In this document: positions 12,901 through 23,806 of the stretch, piece by piece | How the letters are laid out: every line of letters begins with the position of its first letter | Position numbering within the stretch: position 1 is the stretch's first letter | Origin: Cyanophora paradoxa CCMP329 | Lineage: Eukaryota; Plantae; Glaucophyta | Assembly (NCBI GenBank): GCA_004431415.1 | Contig: QPMI01000553.1 | Location: forward strand, 62,001 to 126,000 | Reading direction: 5' to 3' | DNA length: 64,000 nucleotides | Translations under genes and position numbers: made by a program | Notes under the pieces: generated by a model | Told to the model about the DNA's origin: nothing | The model's database searches: none | The model's input: only the letters and a program-made list of their open reading frames with translations

Positions 12901-15900
12901 GGCGGACCCCGGCGCGCAGCGCACGCCCCGGGCCGAGCCGGCGGGCGCCCCCGAGGAGGAGGGGGCCGGCACGCCAGCGCAGAGCCCGGAGCAGCCTCCT
13001 TCGCCGCCGGCGGCGGCGGCGGCCGATGAGGCGCCTCAACCTGCGGCGAACGCAGGCGAGGAGGAGGAGACGATGACGGAGGGCGCGCAGGCGTCTGTTC
13101 AGCAGCAGCAGCAGCAGCGGCAGCGCTGGGAGGGGGCGGAGGAGGCGCCCCCGCCGATGGTGGCGGAGGAAGAGGCGCAGGCCGAGGCGCGCCGGCGGGA
13201 GGAGGAGGCGGCGGCGGCCGCGGCGGAGGCCGAGGAGGGGGAGACGGAGGAGGAGGAGGAGGGCGAGGCCTTCGAGGTCGTCGACGTCCGCAACAAGGAG
13301 GAGATCGACGAGAAGGTGCGCCGGGCGCGAACGAAGCGAAGCGGCCGCCCGTACCCCCCGTCAGAGCCGCCGACCTAGCCAAGCCAAATCTAGCCCATAC
13401 GAGGCTAGCGACGCTCGTGTTGGATTCGATAGTCGAATGCACCATACCCCCGTCAGAGCCAAATCTAGCCGAGCCGAATCGAGCCTACCGACGCTCGCGT
13501 TAGACTAGATGGTCGAGCCGAGCAGAGAACGCTCCTCTCCTCCCTGTTGTCGTCACGCTCTGAGCGCCCCCGCCGCCCGCCTCAGATCGGGTCGCTGCTG
13601 GACCCCGGGGAGCGGATGGAGGGCCGCTGGAACTGCGCCCGCTGCATGGGCCTCGACAAGGTGCGAGGGGGGGAGGCCCGCCGCGCCGGGGCGAGGCCCA
13701 GGCCCGCCCCGATCGTCCTTAGCTCTTTTATAACGTTAAAGGGTCTATAGGAGGTCCTAGAAAAAGAGTAGCACCGATTCCAACTAAAGCACTGCATTTA
13801 TGACGCCCCTGCGCGGCAGTGCGACGCGCTGCTGGTGGTGTGCGAGCGGCACCTCTACGTCATCGACAACTACCTGGTCTCCGAGTCCGGCGAGGTCCGT
13901 CCTTCCTTCCTTCTTTCCTTTCTTGTAGCGTGTTACGTGTTTCTCACTCCTTTGCTCGCAGGTCGTGGAGGTGGCGCCCGAGGAGGAGGGCTCCTGGGAC
14001 GACGGCGGCGCGGCGAGCGGCGGCGGCGGGGACGCGCGCGGGGCGTGGCCCGTCGACTGCTCCACGGAGGCCTCCCTGGGCGCCGCCGGCCCGCCGCTGG
14101 CGCCGGCCCCGGAGGAGGGCGCGGCGCTCGCGGGCGGCGGCGCGGGCGGCGTCGAGCACCGCGTGTGGAAGCGGCGCTGGGAGGAGGTGCGCGGGGCTCT
14201 CGAGGAGCTCTAGCTTGGAGCTCATAAGCTTGAAGCTTGGAGTTCTAGCTCACCGCTCTCCTTCTATCTTCCTCACTCTCCCTCCTTCGCCCCTTGGAAC
14301 TTGAAAAGGAGCTCTAGCTTGAAGCTTGGAACTTGAAGCTTGAAGTCTAGAAGCGCCAAGGATCTAGCTCACACCCGCCCCTCGCACCCTCTCTCAGGTG
14401 CGGGAGGCGCTGAAGCGGCGGTACGGGCTGCGCAACGTGGCGCTCGAGGTCTTCGGGACGGACGGGCGCGCCGAGCTCCTCGTCCTCCACCCCGCCGAGC
14501 GCGACCCCGCCCTCGCCCGCATCCAGGTCCGCACGCCCCCTCCGCGCTCCTTAACATAATTGTTTCGGCATGGAATAGCTCGCTTACATAACGTAACGTG
14601 GGGCAGCTCGCTAATTATCTAACTTCAACTGCCTCCACCACTGCCGCTAATTATTCTAACTGCCTCTAACTTCTAACTTCAACTGCCTCCTAACGTGGGG
14701 CAGCTCGCTAATTACCTAACTCCACTGCCTAACTATCTAACTCTTTGACTAGCTGCTGCGCTTTTCCCACTGCCTTGCTCACCTCGAACCCTTCTCAGGC
14801 CAAGGTGGCCGAGGCTGCGGGCCGCGCGGCGCCCTCGGGCGTGATGAGCGCCATGGGCCAGCGCGCCGCGGGGCTCGCCCTGGGCGCCGTCTCGGCCCTC
14901 GCGAGCGGCAACCCCCTCGCCGCCGCCGCCGCCGCCATCGGCGTCGGCGGGCCGCGCCCCCTCGTCGACGAGGCCGTCACGCAGCGCTGGGTACAGGGCG
15001 CCCTCTCCAACTTCGAGGTACGTATCCCCCGGCGCCTTCTTCCCCCCTCTCTCCCCCTTCCGCTAAGATCTCTGCGGCGCGCAGTACCTCATGTACATCA
15101 ACACGGTGGCGGGGCGGACGTACAACGACCTGACGCAGTACCCCGTCTTCCCCTGGGTCCTCGCCGACTACGCCTCCCAGGAGCTTGACCTGGAGGACCC
15201 GGCGAGCTTCCGCGACCTGTCCAAGCCGATGGGCGCGCTGGACGCCGGGCGCCTCGCGGTGTACGAGGAGCGATTCCTCGAGTGGGACCCCGCCGCCAAC
15301 GCCGTCGAGGTGCTCCCATCCCTCCTTAACCTTTCCTATCTATCTGTCTATTCCCTCCTAACTCTTCCTAACCTTGTCCCAGGTGCTGGCGCGCCCCGAC
15401 GGGAGCTCGGGCGACGTGGTGCGGCTCGAGGTCCCGGCCTTCCACTACGGCTCCCACTACTCTTCCGCCGGCATCGTCCTCTACTACCTCATCCGCCTCC
15501 AGCCCTACGCCTGGCAGGCGAGGCGGCTGCAGGGCGGCCGCTGGGACCACCCCGACCGCCTCTTCGACGCCGTCGACGAGACGTGGGCCTCCGCGTCGCG
15601 CCTGAACCTGTCCGACGTGAAGGAGCTGACGCCCGAGTGGTTCTACCTCCCCGAGTTCCTGGAGAACAGGGCCCGCCTCCCGCTCGGCCGCAAGCAGAGC
15701 GGCGCCGACGTCGCCGACGTGCGGCTCCCGCCGTGGGCGCGCGGCGACGCGCGGCTCTTCGTCCGGCGGCACCGGCAGGCCCTCGAGTCGCGGCACGTCT
15801 CCGAGCGCCTGCACGAGTGGATCGAGCTGGTCTTCGGGCACCGGCAGCAGGGCAAGGGCGCGCTGGCCGCCCGCAACCTCTTCCACCCGTTCACGTACGA

Positions 15901-17695
15901 GGGCGCCGTCGACATCGACGCGATCGCCGACCCCGTGCTCCGCGCGGCGACCGTCGCCCAGATCCACAACTTCGGGCAGGCGCCACGCCAGCTATTCTTC
16001 AGGGAGCACCCGCCCCGCCGCCCGGCGCCGGCCCCGGGGCCCGTCGGCTTCTTCACGCACCCGGAGCTCCTCACCGGCTCCCACAAGGGCGACGTCGCCG
16101 ACCCGCCCGTCGCCTCCATCACCTTCGACGCGGCGGCGTCGGCGCTGATCGCCACGGGCCGGCGCAAGGCGATCGTGCGGGGCGCCGGCCCCGACGCGCG
16201 CTACGTGAGCTGGGGCGAGGCCGACGGCGCCGTGCGGCTCCGCGCGCTCGACTCGGACCGGCCCGTCGCCGTCCTGCAGGCCCTCCACGACCGGCCCGTC
16301 TCCTGCGTCGCCGTCTCCGAGGACGGGCGCCTCCTCGTCACGGGCGGCGAGGACACCGTCGTGAACCTCTGGCGCCTCCCGGGGCCGTCCGGATCCGCCC
16401 GGGCCAGTCCTCCGCCCCTCCAGCAGCCCAGAGGCCGGCGGGGCGGCCGCGGGGAGCGGCGGCGCGCGGGCGCGCGGGAGCGCGAGGCGGAGCTGCTGGC
16501 GCGGCTCTGCTCGCACTACGCGCGGGTCACATGCGCCGCGATCAGCGTCGCGTGGTCCGTCGTCGTGAGCGGGAGCGAGGACCGGACGGCCATCCTGTGG
16601 GACCTGAACCGCCTGCGGTACGTGCGGCAGCTGCGGCGGCACGCGGGCCCTGTCGCCTGCGTCGCCGTCGACGAGGCGAGCGGCAACGTCGTCACGACCT
16701 GCGGGCCCACCGTGCTCGTCTGGTCCATCAACGGGGACTGCCTGGTGCGGCACGAGGCGGGGGCCGGCCCCGCCGAGTCGGTCACGGCGCTCGCCCTCTC
16801 GCGGGCCCCCGAGTGGCTCGACTGCAACGTCGTCATCACGGGCCACCGCGACGGGGCCATACGGGCGCGCAGCGGAGCCCGCCCTCCCCTGTCTTTATCT
16901 CCTTCTTGGACCTCTTCTGACCTCTTCCGGCCTCACTCAGATGTGGAGCGTGGCGTTCGACGGGGCGCGCGGGGCGCGGGCCGGCCCCCGCTACACGCTG
17001 CGGCTGCGGAGCGGCGAGTGGAAGGCCTCGTCGCGGGACCCCGCCGCCCCGGCCTCCCACGCCGCCGCCATCACCGCCTTCCACGTCTCCCAGTCCGCCC
17101 CGTCAAGCTTAATCTTAAGCTTAAACTTGCTTGAACTGACTCTTTCTTTCTTCCTCTTTCTCTCCAGGGACCAGACGAAGCTGTGGAGCGGGGACGAGGG
17201 CGGGCGGATCGTCTGCTGGGCCCTCCCCGACGCCCCCGTCGTCAAGCACTTCGAGAAGGCGGAGTTCGGGGACGCCTGCAACGCCTGCGGGCGCAAGTTC
17301 GGGCTGGCTCTGCTGGAGCGGCGGCACCACTGCCGCTCCTGCGGGCGCCTCTTCTGCGACGCCTGCTCCTCCCGCCGCACCGAGGTCGTCGAGCTGGGCT
17401 ACCTCACCCCGGCCCGCGTCTGCGACCCCTGCTACGCCACCCGCCACGCCGCCCTCCGCGCGCGCCTCTTCCACCCCGACGCCCCCCGCCCCTCCCCCTC
17501 CCCCGCCCCCTCCGGATCCGCCCCCACCCCCACCAGCACCGGTACCCGCCGCCCGCCGCCCCGGTCGCCCCGCCGGCGCCGGCGGAGCCTGCGGGCTCCG
17601 CCCGCGGCGGCCTCTCTGAGGATCAGCCGGAGGAGGCGCCGCCGCCGGTATCCTCGGGATCCCCAACCGGCGCCGTTTCAAGCTCCATCCTGTAG
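3985..17695 (+). CDS. WDFY3: BEACH-domain protein, WDFY3/ALFY/LvsA type (ARM-like, ConA-like, PH-BEACH, WD40, C-terminal FYVE), multi-exon
   Basis: ConA-like [15 protein letters not shown] (~7540); [15 protein letters not shown] (12650); BEACH core [72 protein letters not shown]; WD40 repeats ([27 protein letters not shown]); [36 protein letters not shown]. Several apparent frameshifts lie in G/C runs, and the start and stop are inferred. Confidence 0.92.
11152..11288 (+). repeat. Intronic tandem repeat, 53-bp unit x ~2.5
   Basis: ttcctccgcgcgctctagaaaggaagaagcaagggaagaagctccaagcccgc begins at 11155 and 11208, with a partial copy at 11261. Confidence 0.9.
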
Positions 17696-18800
17696 GTTTG
17701 AGAGTAGGTTTCAAGGCTCCGTGTATCAGTACCAACTTCTTCAATGTATGCATATCCCGCGGCCGATTGCGAGATTTGCGGGTTGGCGCCACGCGTACGC
17801 CGGCGCCTCGCTCGCGCTACGTATACGGTACCAGTCAAAATGCTGGCGTGGCCTGGTCATGACAGCTATAGGGGCAGTGCCTGGCACTTCTGAGAAGTTC
17901 CTGCGCCTGCTTGGTATTCAAATTTGAATTCGCGAAATTTCTTTCAGGGGACTTTCAAGTTTATCGATATCAGGGTCCTCTAGATCTAGATCTAGATCTA
18001 CTAGGCTAGAGCTACGCGAGAATCGCGATCGCGAGCGGCGCCGGCGCGCCGGCGACTCGCGGCCCGCGGGCGAGATCGAGATGCCCACTTGCCAGGCTCG
18101 CGATCGAGCTCGTGGGATTATTGGATCGGAGTCGCCGAGTCGTGGCCGATACCATGCAGCGCTAGCCTGGCAGAGCCGCCACTGGCCCAGTGGGCCATGG
18201 CCAGATCTAGAAGCCTCTACTAGCCTCTAGTAGGCCCTCTACTAGTAGCCTAGTCTCCGATCATCGGATCTCGAGGCTCCGGATCCGCGACAAGATCTAA
18301 ACGGATTCTCAAGATCTTCTGGGGCTGGTCAATAACGGCGGATCGTCGACGGTTGTGGCCAAACTTGTGGGACGCTAGCTTTCATATGCGTTCAATCGCC
18401 TGGGCGTTATCTCACTGGCTCATGATCACACACTTATAAATGTGGAAAATCGGCTAGCGTTTCGGGGAAGATCTTGGTTGCCACTGCATGGTTGGCCGAC
18501 ACTTAGAAACAAAGCAATCTTATGAATCGATCGCGAAGATCGTATCTCACTGGCTCGTGCCAGATCATGACACATGGCCGACGTAGATTTCGAGAAATTT
18601 CGAGCATTTTTTCATATTTTCCAATGTTCTTAAATTTCCATCGCGATCGTTCAATCATCGTTGACGAGTCGGAATCGTCGACGATCGCGCGCGCGAGATC
18701 CGACTCGTGATCGGCGAGATATCGATCATATATAATAGTATATCGGCACTGATTCGAATTCTAGTACTAGTGCAGGCGCGTTAGAACCGGATACCCGGTA

Positions 18801-19057
18801 CCGTAACACACAATATTATGTCATGCAAATTTATGTCGTTTTAAAACCCGAGCCTTCTCTATGCGAAATATGACGTCCCCAAATTATGTCGGCATGAACT
18901 TTTCATGATCAGGCTTGTATGGGGCGGTAAAAGTGGGGGGATACCTCATTGTGCGCCCCATTATGACGTCCCCAAATTATGTCGTTTTGTCAAGTTTTAG
19001 GCGACATAATTTCGGGACGACATAATAAAGTACAGACCTTAATTTTCTGCATTACGG
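18801..19057. mobile_element. Non-autonomous Tc1/mariner/pogo-like MITE
   Basis: TA|CCGTAA...TTACGG|TA: TA on both sides, imperfect ~20-bp TIRs, and an internal motif (TTATGTCG / CGACATAA) repeated in both orientations, including two copies of atgacgtccccaaattatgtcg. Confidence 0.75.
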
Positions 19058-19801
19058 TAGTAGGGCCGGTACGTATACGTCCGCCCGCCGGTTCAAATTG
19101 CCGAGAGGCCGGCGGAATTCGGCAATTTAGCATCACTGCAATTGTTCATGGGGTAGTCTGTTTTCTGGATTCGGAGATCTGGATTCGGCGCCCGGCATGC
19201 CGCATGCGCAATTTGCCACGTCATGCATGCGCAATTCCGGTTTGGACGAATTCGGCAATTTTACTACGTACGCGGCAATTTTGTTACTATCATAGAATAC
19301 TCATGATCAGCCGGCGCCTGCGCATGCAGGCCTAGGCCTAGGGCCTGCAGCCTGCAGGGCAGTGCAGAGTCACACTGCAGACTGTGCAGGGCCTGCAGGC
19401 TGCAGGCTGCAGCCTGCAGCTGCATGCAGAGACCGTAGCCTACGTACGCGTACACTGTGACAGCGCCGGTAGTAGCTATATACTGTACTAGACTCACTGA
19501 GTCAGTAGACTCCGCATCGCAATTGAGTCCGCAATGCACGCTGCAGGCTGCACTGCGGACTCAGTGCGGAGTCTGCGGCACTGTGCACAGTGTGCAGCTG
19601 CATGCCAGCCTGGCAGCGGCCAGCCTGCAGCTGGCGCGCGGCGCCGGCCCTGGCCGGGCTGGCCCAGTGGCCCAGTACTAGTCACTGAGTGGCAGCGCCG
19701 CAGATCTAGATCTACCGGTACGTATATATACCGGTACCGTCTACGTACACGCTGAGCCTGACTCAGTGAGAAGAACTTCGGAACTTCGGAAGATCTAATA
19801 A

Positions 19802-22800
19802 TACAAGCAGGGGGGCTCCGCCCCCCCGCACCCCCCCAGTGTTATTTAGGAGTCTTTGATTTCTTGTGGTCTATTCTTCTTCTTCTACGTACTACTTCTA
19901 CTACTACTACTTATTAATTGAACAAAGAATGAGAATGAAGTACTAAAGTTGTAAAGACAGAACAGAAGAAGCTGAAGCACTGAACATAAAGAACACAGAT
20001 GTGAGTGCATGGAAGATGTAGAAATTAAACACTGATCATGTAATCTGGAAACAATGCACGAGATGCAATGTAGTCCAAAGCGAGGCTTCATCATTTATGG
20101 TTTGTCATGAAACACAGTGCTTTGCAATTGGTGTTTAATTCTTGGCTGGCAAAGAAATTAAAGGGCGATTTGATATTCTTAGCTATAGCTATAGCTTTAG
20201 CCAGGAAGATGAGAAGAAGAGCTAAAGCACTGAACAATTGCAAGAAGTTTGAAATTGCACACATGAATCTCTTGTGGTTCATGATCAATCGTATTACAAA
20301 GAACGAAAATGAAGCTGAAGCACTGAAGAAGAGAGCATTTCAGAACAGATCCAGAAACAATGAAGTGATCACAAAACAATACAAAAGAAGCACATGCAAT
20401 GTATACGTATTTCAAAGTTTTGATCATTTATGTTCTAGATCTGTCATCGAACATCGAGTTTTGGTGTTAAATACTGGCCATGGCTGGCAAAGCAAGGGCA
20501 ATCCTTAGCAGGAAAGTGGGCAAGAAGCTTGAACGTTAACATGTATTGCAGCAGTGATATACTGTCGAAGTCCCTGTAGCTTTGTACCCCTGTACCTCAG
20601 TCTGCCTGTACCCCCAATACACCACCTTGCCAGCTATCTAGCCTGGCAACACATTGCGGCACTGATCATGAACAATTGCAAGAAGCTTAAGAATTGAACA
20701 CTTCAATTGGCAACTTGGCAAAAACAACCTGGCAAGGTTGTAGAAGAATTGATCATGAACAAGTCAATCATTGATCATTTTATTTCATGCATGTAACACG
20801 CAACAATATTTTATGCATGCAATGATGCCATGATGAATAATGCATGCATCATGATCAATGTAAAGATCTAGATGCCACTGATCTAGATGTTAAACAAACA
20901 ATGCAAGTACAATCTCTTCAATTTCAATTTGGCAAGTTTCTGTTTTGTTTGTTGTGAATGTGTGAACGTTGTGTTAGTGTTGTGTTTTTTGTTTTTTGTC
21001 TTGTTTTGTTGTTTGTACATTGTGGAACATATGCTTTTCTTTTTGTTGTACATGCCAAGATGTTTAATGTATTATTTATTGTTTGCCAAGAATCGAACTG
21101 GTTCTGAATCGGCACTGAGCAATCAAGTGCACCACAGCACTAAAGGGACTTTCCATTGACAGAACTGCCGGATACCCAATTTCAGCCACAAAACTCCACT
21201 CTGTGGCAGATCTTCCCACTTCATACTTCCAAGCTCACTGGCAAGGGCAGCGGCTGCCGCTACTTTTTTTAAGAAGTCACAGAGTCATACATCACTCAGT
21301 GACTTTTCCTTCTCATGTGGAGCCTGTCTCAGTGACCACAGTGAGTCAAGGCAGCACTGGCAGCCTTCAAGTGCATATCGAATTGAGTATACCAATGAGA
21401 GCGACAACTCAACCACTGGCCTGCGATTCACAAGTTCCCCACTTACCAAACATGCTGGCACGACTGTTGGCAGCCCAGGCTGGACCACCCATGGAGCACA
21501 GTCCAGTCAGTGACTTTGACTGTTCGCACCGCTCTCAATGCTGGCAGTTTGAGTCTGCCGTAGTACTAAACGGAATTTTCTTCCAAGGGGAACATGGGTT
21601 AATCTACTATGTATACAAGCAGGGGGGCTCCGCCCCCCCGCACCCCCCCAGTGTTATTTAGGAGTCTTTGATTTCTTGTGGTCTATTCTTCTTCTTCTAC
21701 GTACTACTTCTACTACTACTACTTATTAATTGAACAAAGAATGAGAATGAAGTACTAAAGTTGTAAAGACAGAACAGAAGAAGCTGAAGCACTGAACATA
21801 AAGAACACAGATGTGAGTGCATGGAAGATGTAGAAATTAAACACTGATCATGTAATCTGGAAACAATGCACGAGATGCAATGTAGTCCAAAGCGAGGCTT
21901 CATCATTTATGGTTTGTCATGAAACACAGTGCTTTGCAATTGGTGTTTAATTCTTGGCTGGCAAAGAAATTAAAGGGCGATTTGATATTCTTAGCTATAG
22001 CTATAGCTTTAGCCAGGAAGATGAGAAGAAGAGCTAAAGCACTGAACAATTGCAAGAAGTTTGAAATTGCACACATGAATCTCTTGTGGTTCATGATCAA
22101 TCGTATTACAAAGAACGAAAATGAAGCTGAAGCACTGAAGAAGAGAGCATTTCAGAACAGATCCAGAAACAATGAAGTGATCACAAAACAATACAAAAGA
22201 AGCACATGCAATGTATACGTATTTCAAAGTTTTGATCATTTATGTTCTAGATCTGTCATCGAACATCGAGTTTTGGTGTTAAATACTGGCCATGGCTGGC
22301 AAAGCAAGGGCAATCCTTAGCAGGAAAGTGGGCAAGAAGCTTGAACGTTAACATGTATTGCAGCAGTGATATACTGTCGAAGTCCCTGTAGCTTTGTACC
22401 CCTGTACCTCAGTCTGCCTGTACCCCAATACACCACCTTGCCAGCTATCTAGCCTGGCAACACATTGCGGCACTGATCATGAACAATTGCAAGAAGCTTA
22501 AGAATTGAACACTTCAATTGGCAACTTGGCAAAAACAACCTGGCAAGGTTGTAGAAGAATTGATCATGAACAAGTCAATCATTGATCATTTTATTTCATG
22601 CATGTAACACGCAACAATATTTTATGCATGCAATGATGCCATGATGAATAATGCATGCATCATGATCAATGTAAAGATCTAGATGCCACTGATCTAGATG
22701 TTAAACAAACAATGCAAGTACAATCTCTTCAATTTCAATTTGGCAAGTTTCTGTTTTGTTTGTTGTGAATGTGTGAACGTTGTGTTAGTGTTGTGTTTTT

Positions 22801-23424
22801 TGTTTTTTGTCTTGTTTTGTTGTTTGTACATTGTGGAACATATGCTTTTCTTTTTGTTGTACATGCCAAGATGTTTAATGTATTATTTATTGTTTGCCAA
22901 GAATCGAACTGGTTCTGAATCGGCATTGAGCAATCAAGTGCACCACAGCACTAAAGGGACTTTCCATTGACAGAACTGCCGGATACCCAATTTCAGCCAC
23001 AAAACTCCACTCTGTGGCAGATCTTCCCACTTCATACTTCCAAGCTCACTGGCAAGGGCAGCGGCTGCCGCTACTTTTTTTAAGAAGTCACAGAGTCATA
23101 CATCACTCAGTGACTTTTCCTTCTCATGTGGAGCCTGTCTCAGTGACCACAGTGAGTCAAGGCAGCACTGGCAGCCTTCAAGTGCATATCGAATTGAGTA
23201 TACCAATGAGAGCGACAACTCAACCACTGGCCTGCGATTCACAAGTTCCCCACTTACCAAACATGCTGGCACGACTGTTGGCAGCCCAGGCTGGACCACC
23301 CATGGAGCACAGTCCAGTCAGTGACTTTGACTGTTCGCACCGCTCTCAATGCTGGCAGTTTGAGTCTGCCGTAGTACTAAACGGAATTTTCTTCCAAGGG
23401 GAACATGGGTTAATCTACTATGTA
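19802..23424 (-). mobile_element. Head-to-tail tandem pair of a ~1.81-kb AT-rich non-coding element, probably a non-autonomous rolling-circle (Helitron-like) element
   Basis: 19802-21613 and 21614-23424 are identical except one C-run indel and one substitution that I could find. One end has a GC hairpin (GGGGGGC-GGA-GCCCCCC on the - strand, 19810-19826) followed by TGCTTGTA. No TSD, long TIR or transposase ORF. Confidence 0.65.
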
Positions 23425-23806
23425 GCAATATATAAGATCTCCAGACTCTGAGAGTCCTATATCACTGCCGCGGCGCAGTCACTGAGTCAGCAGACTCAGC
23501 ACTCACTGCAGCAGTACGTGCGCGCTTCGAGGCTCGCGACGTACGGTACTCGGCGATCATCGGACTCCGGGATCGGATCGCGAATCGCGCCTCGATCGCT
23601 CGAGTCGCATCGCCGGCGCCGAGTGTCTCAGCCTAGTATACTCAGCAACTCAGCTTGCGCGGCCGTGCACCGCGACCGCACTGGTATGATATTGATCGAT
23701 TATCAGCCGCAGCGAACGCAGGGGCTGACGCGCCCCAGCTTCTGACAGCGCCAGCTGCAGACTCTGGTCCTGGCCCGCCGCCGCAGCTGCAGCTGTCAAC
23801 GGACAC

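Noticed and set aside
6060-13000. Frame switches within the BEACH gene (programmed frameshifting or pseudogene?)
   Set aside because: They fall in G/C homopolymer-rich stretches while the conserved domains remain intact. Long-read indel errors are the simpler explanation.
4316-13445. Very long overlapping Arg/Pro/Gly/Ala-rich ORFs on both strands (e.g. 4856-7120 -, 7568-9385 -)
   Set aside because: Stop codons are rare at this GC content. These are shadows of the spliced BEACH gene, not separate genes.
19885-23451. Short ORFs inside the duplicated 1.8-kb unit
   Set aside because: No recognisable motifs (no HUH, helicase or DDE) and low-complexity composition; probably non-coding.
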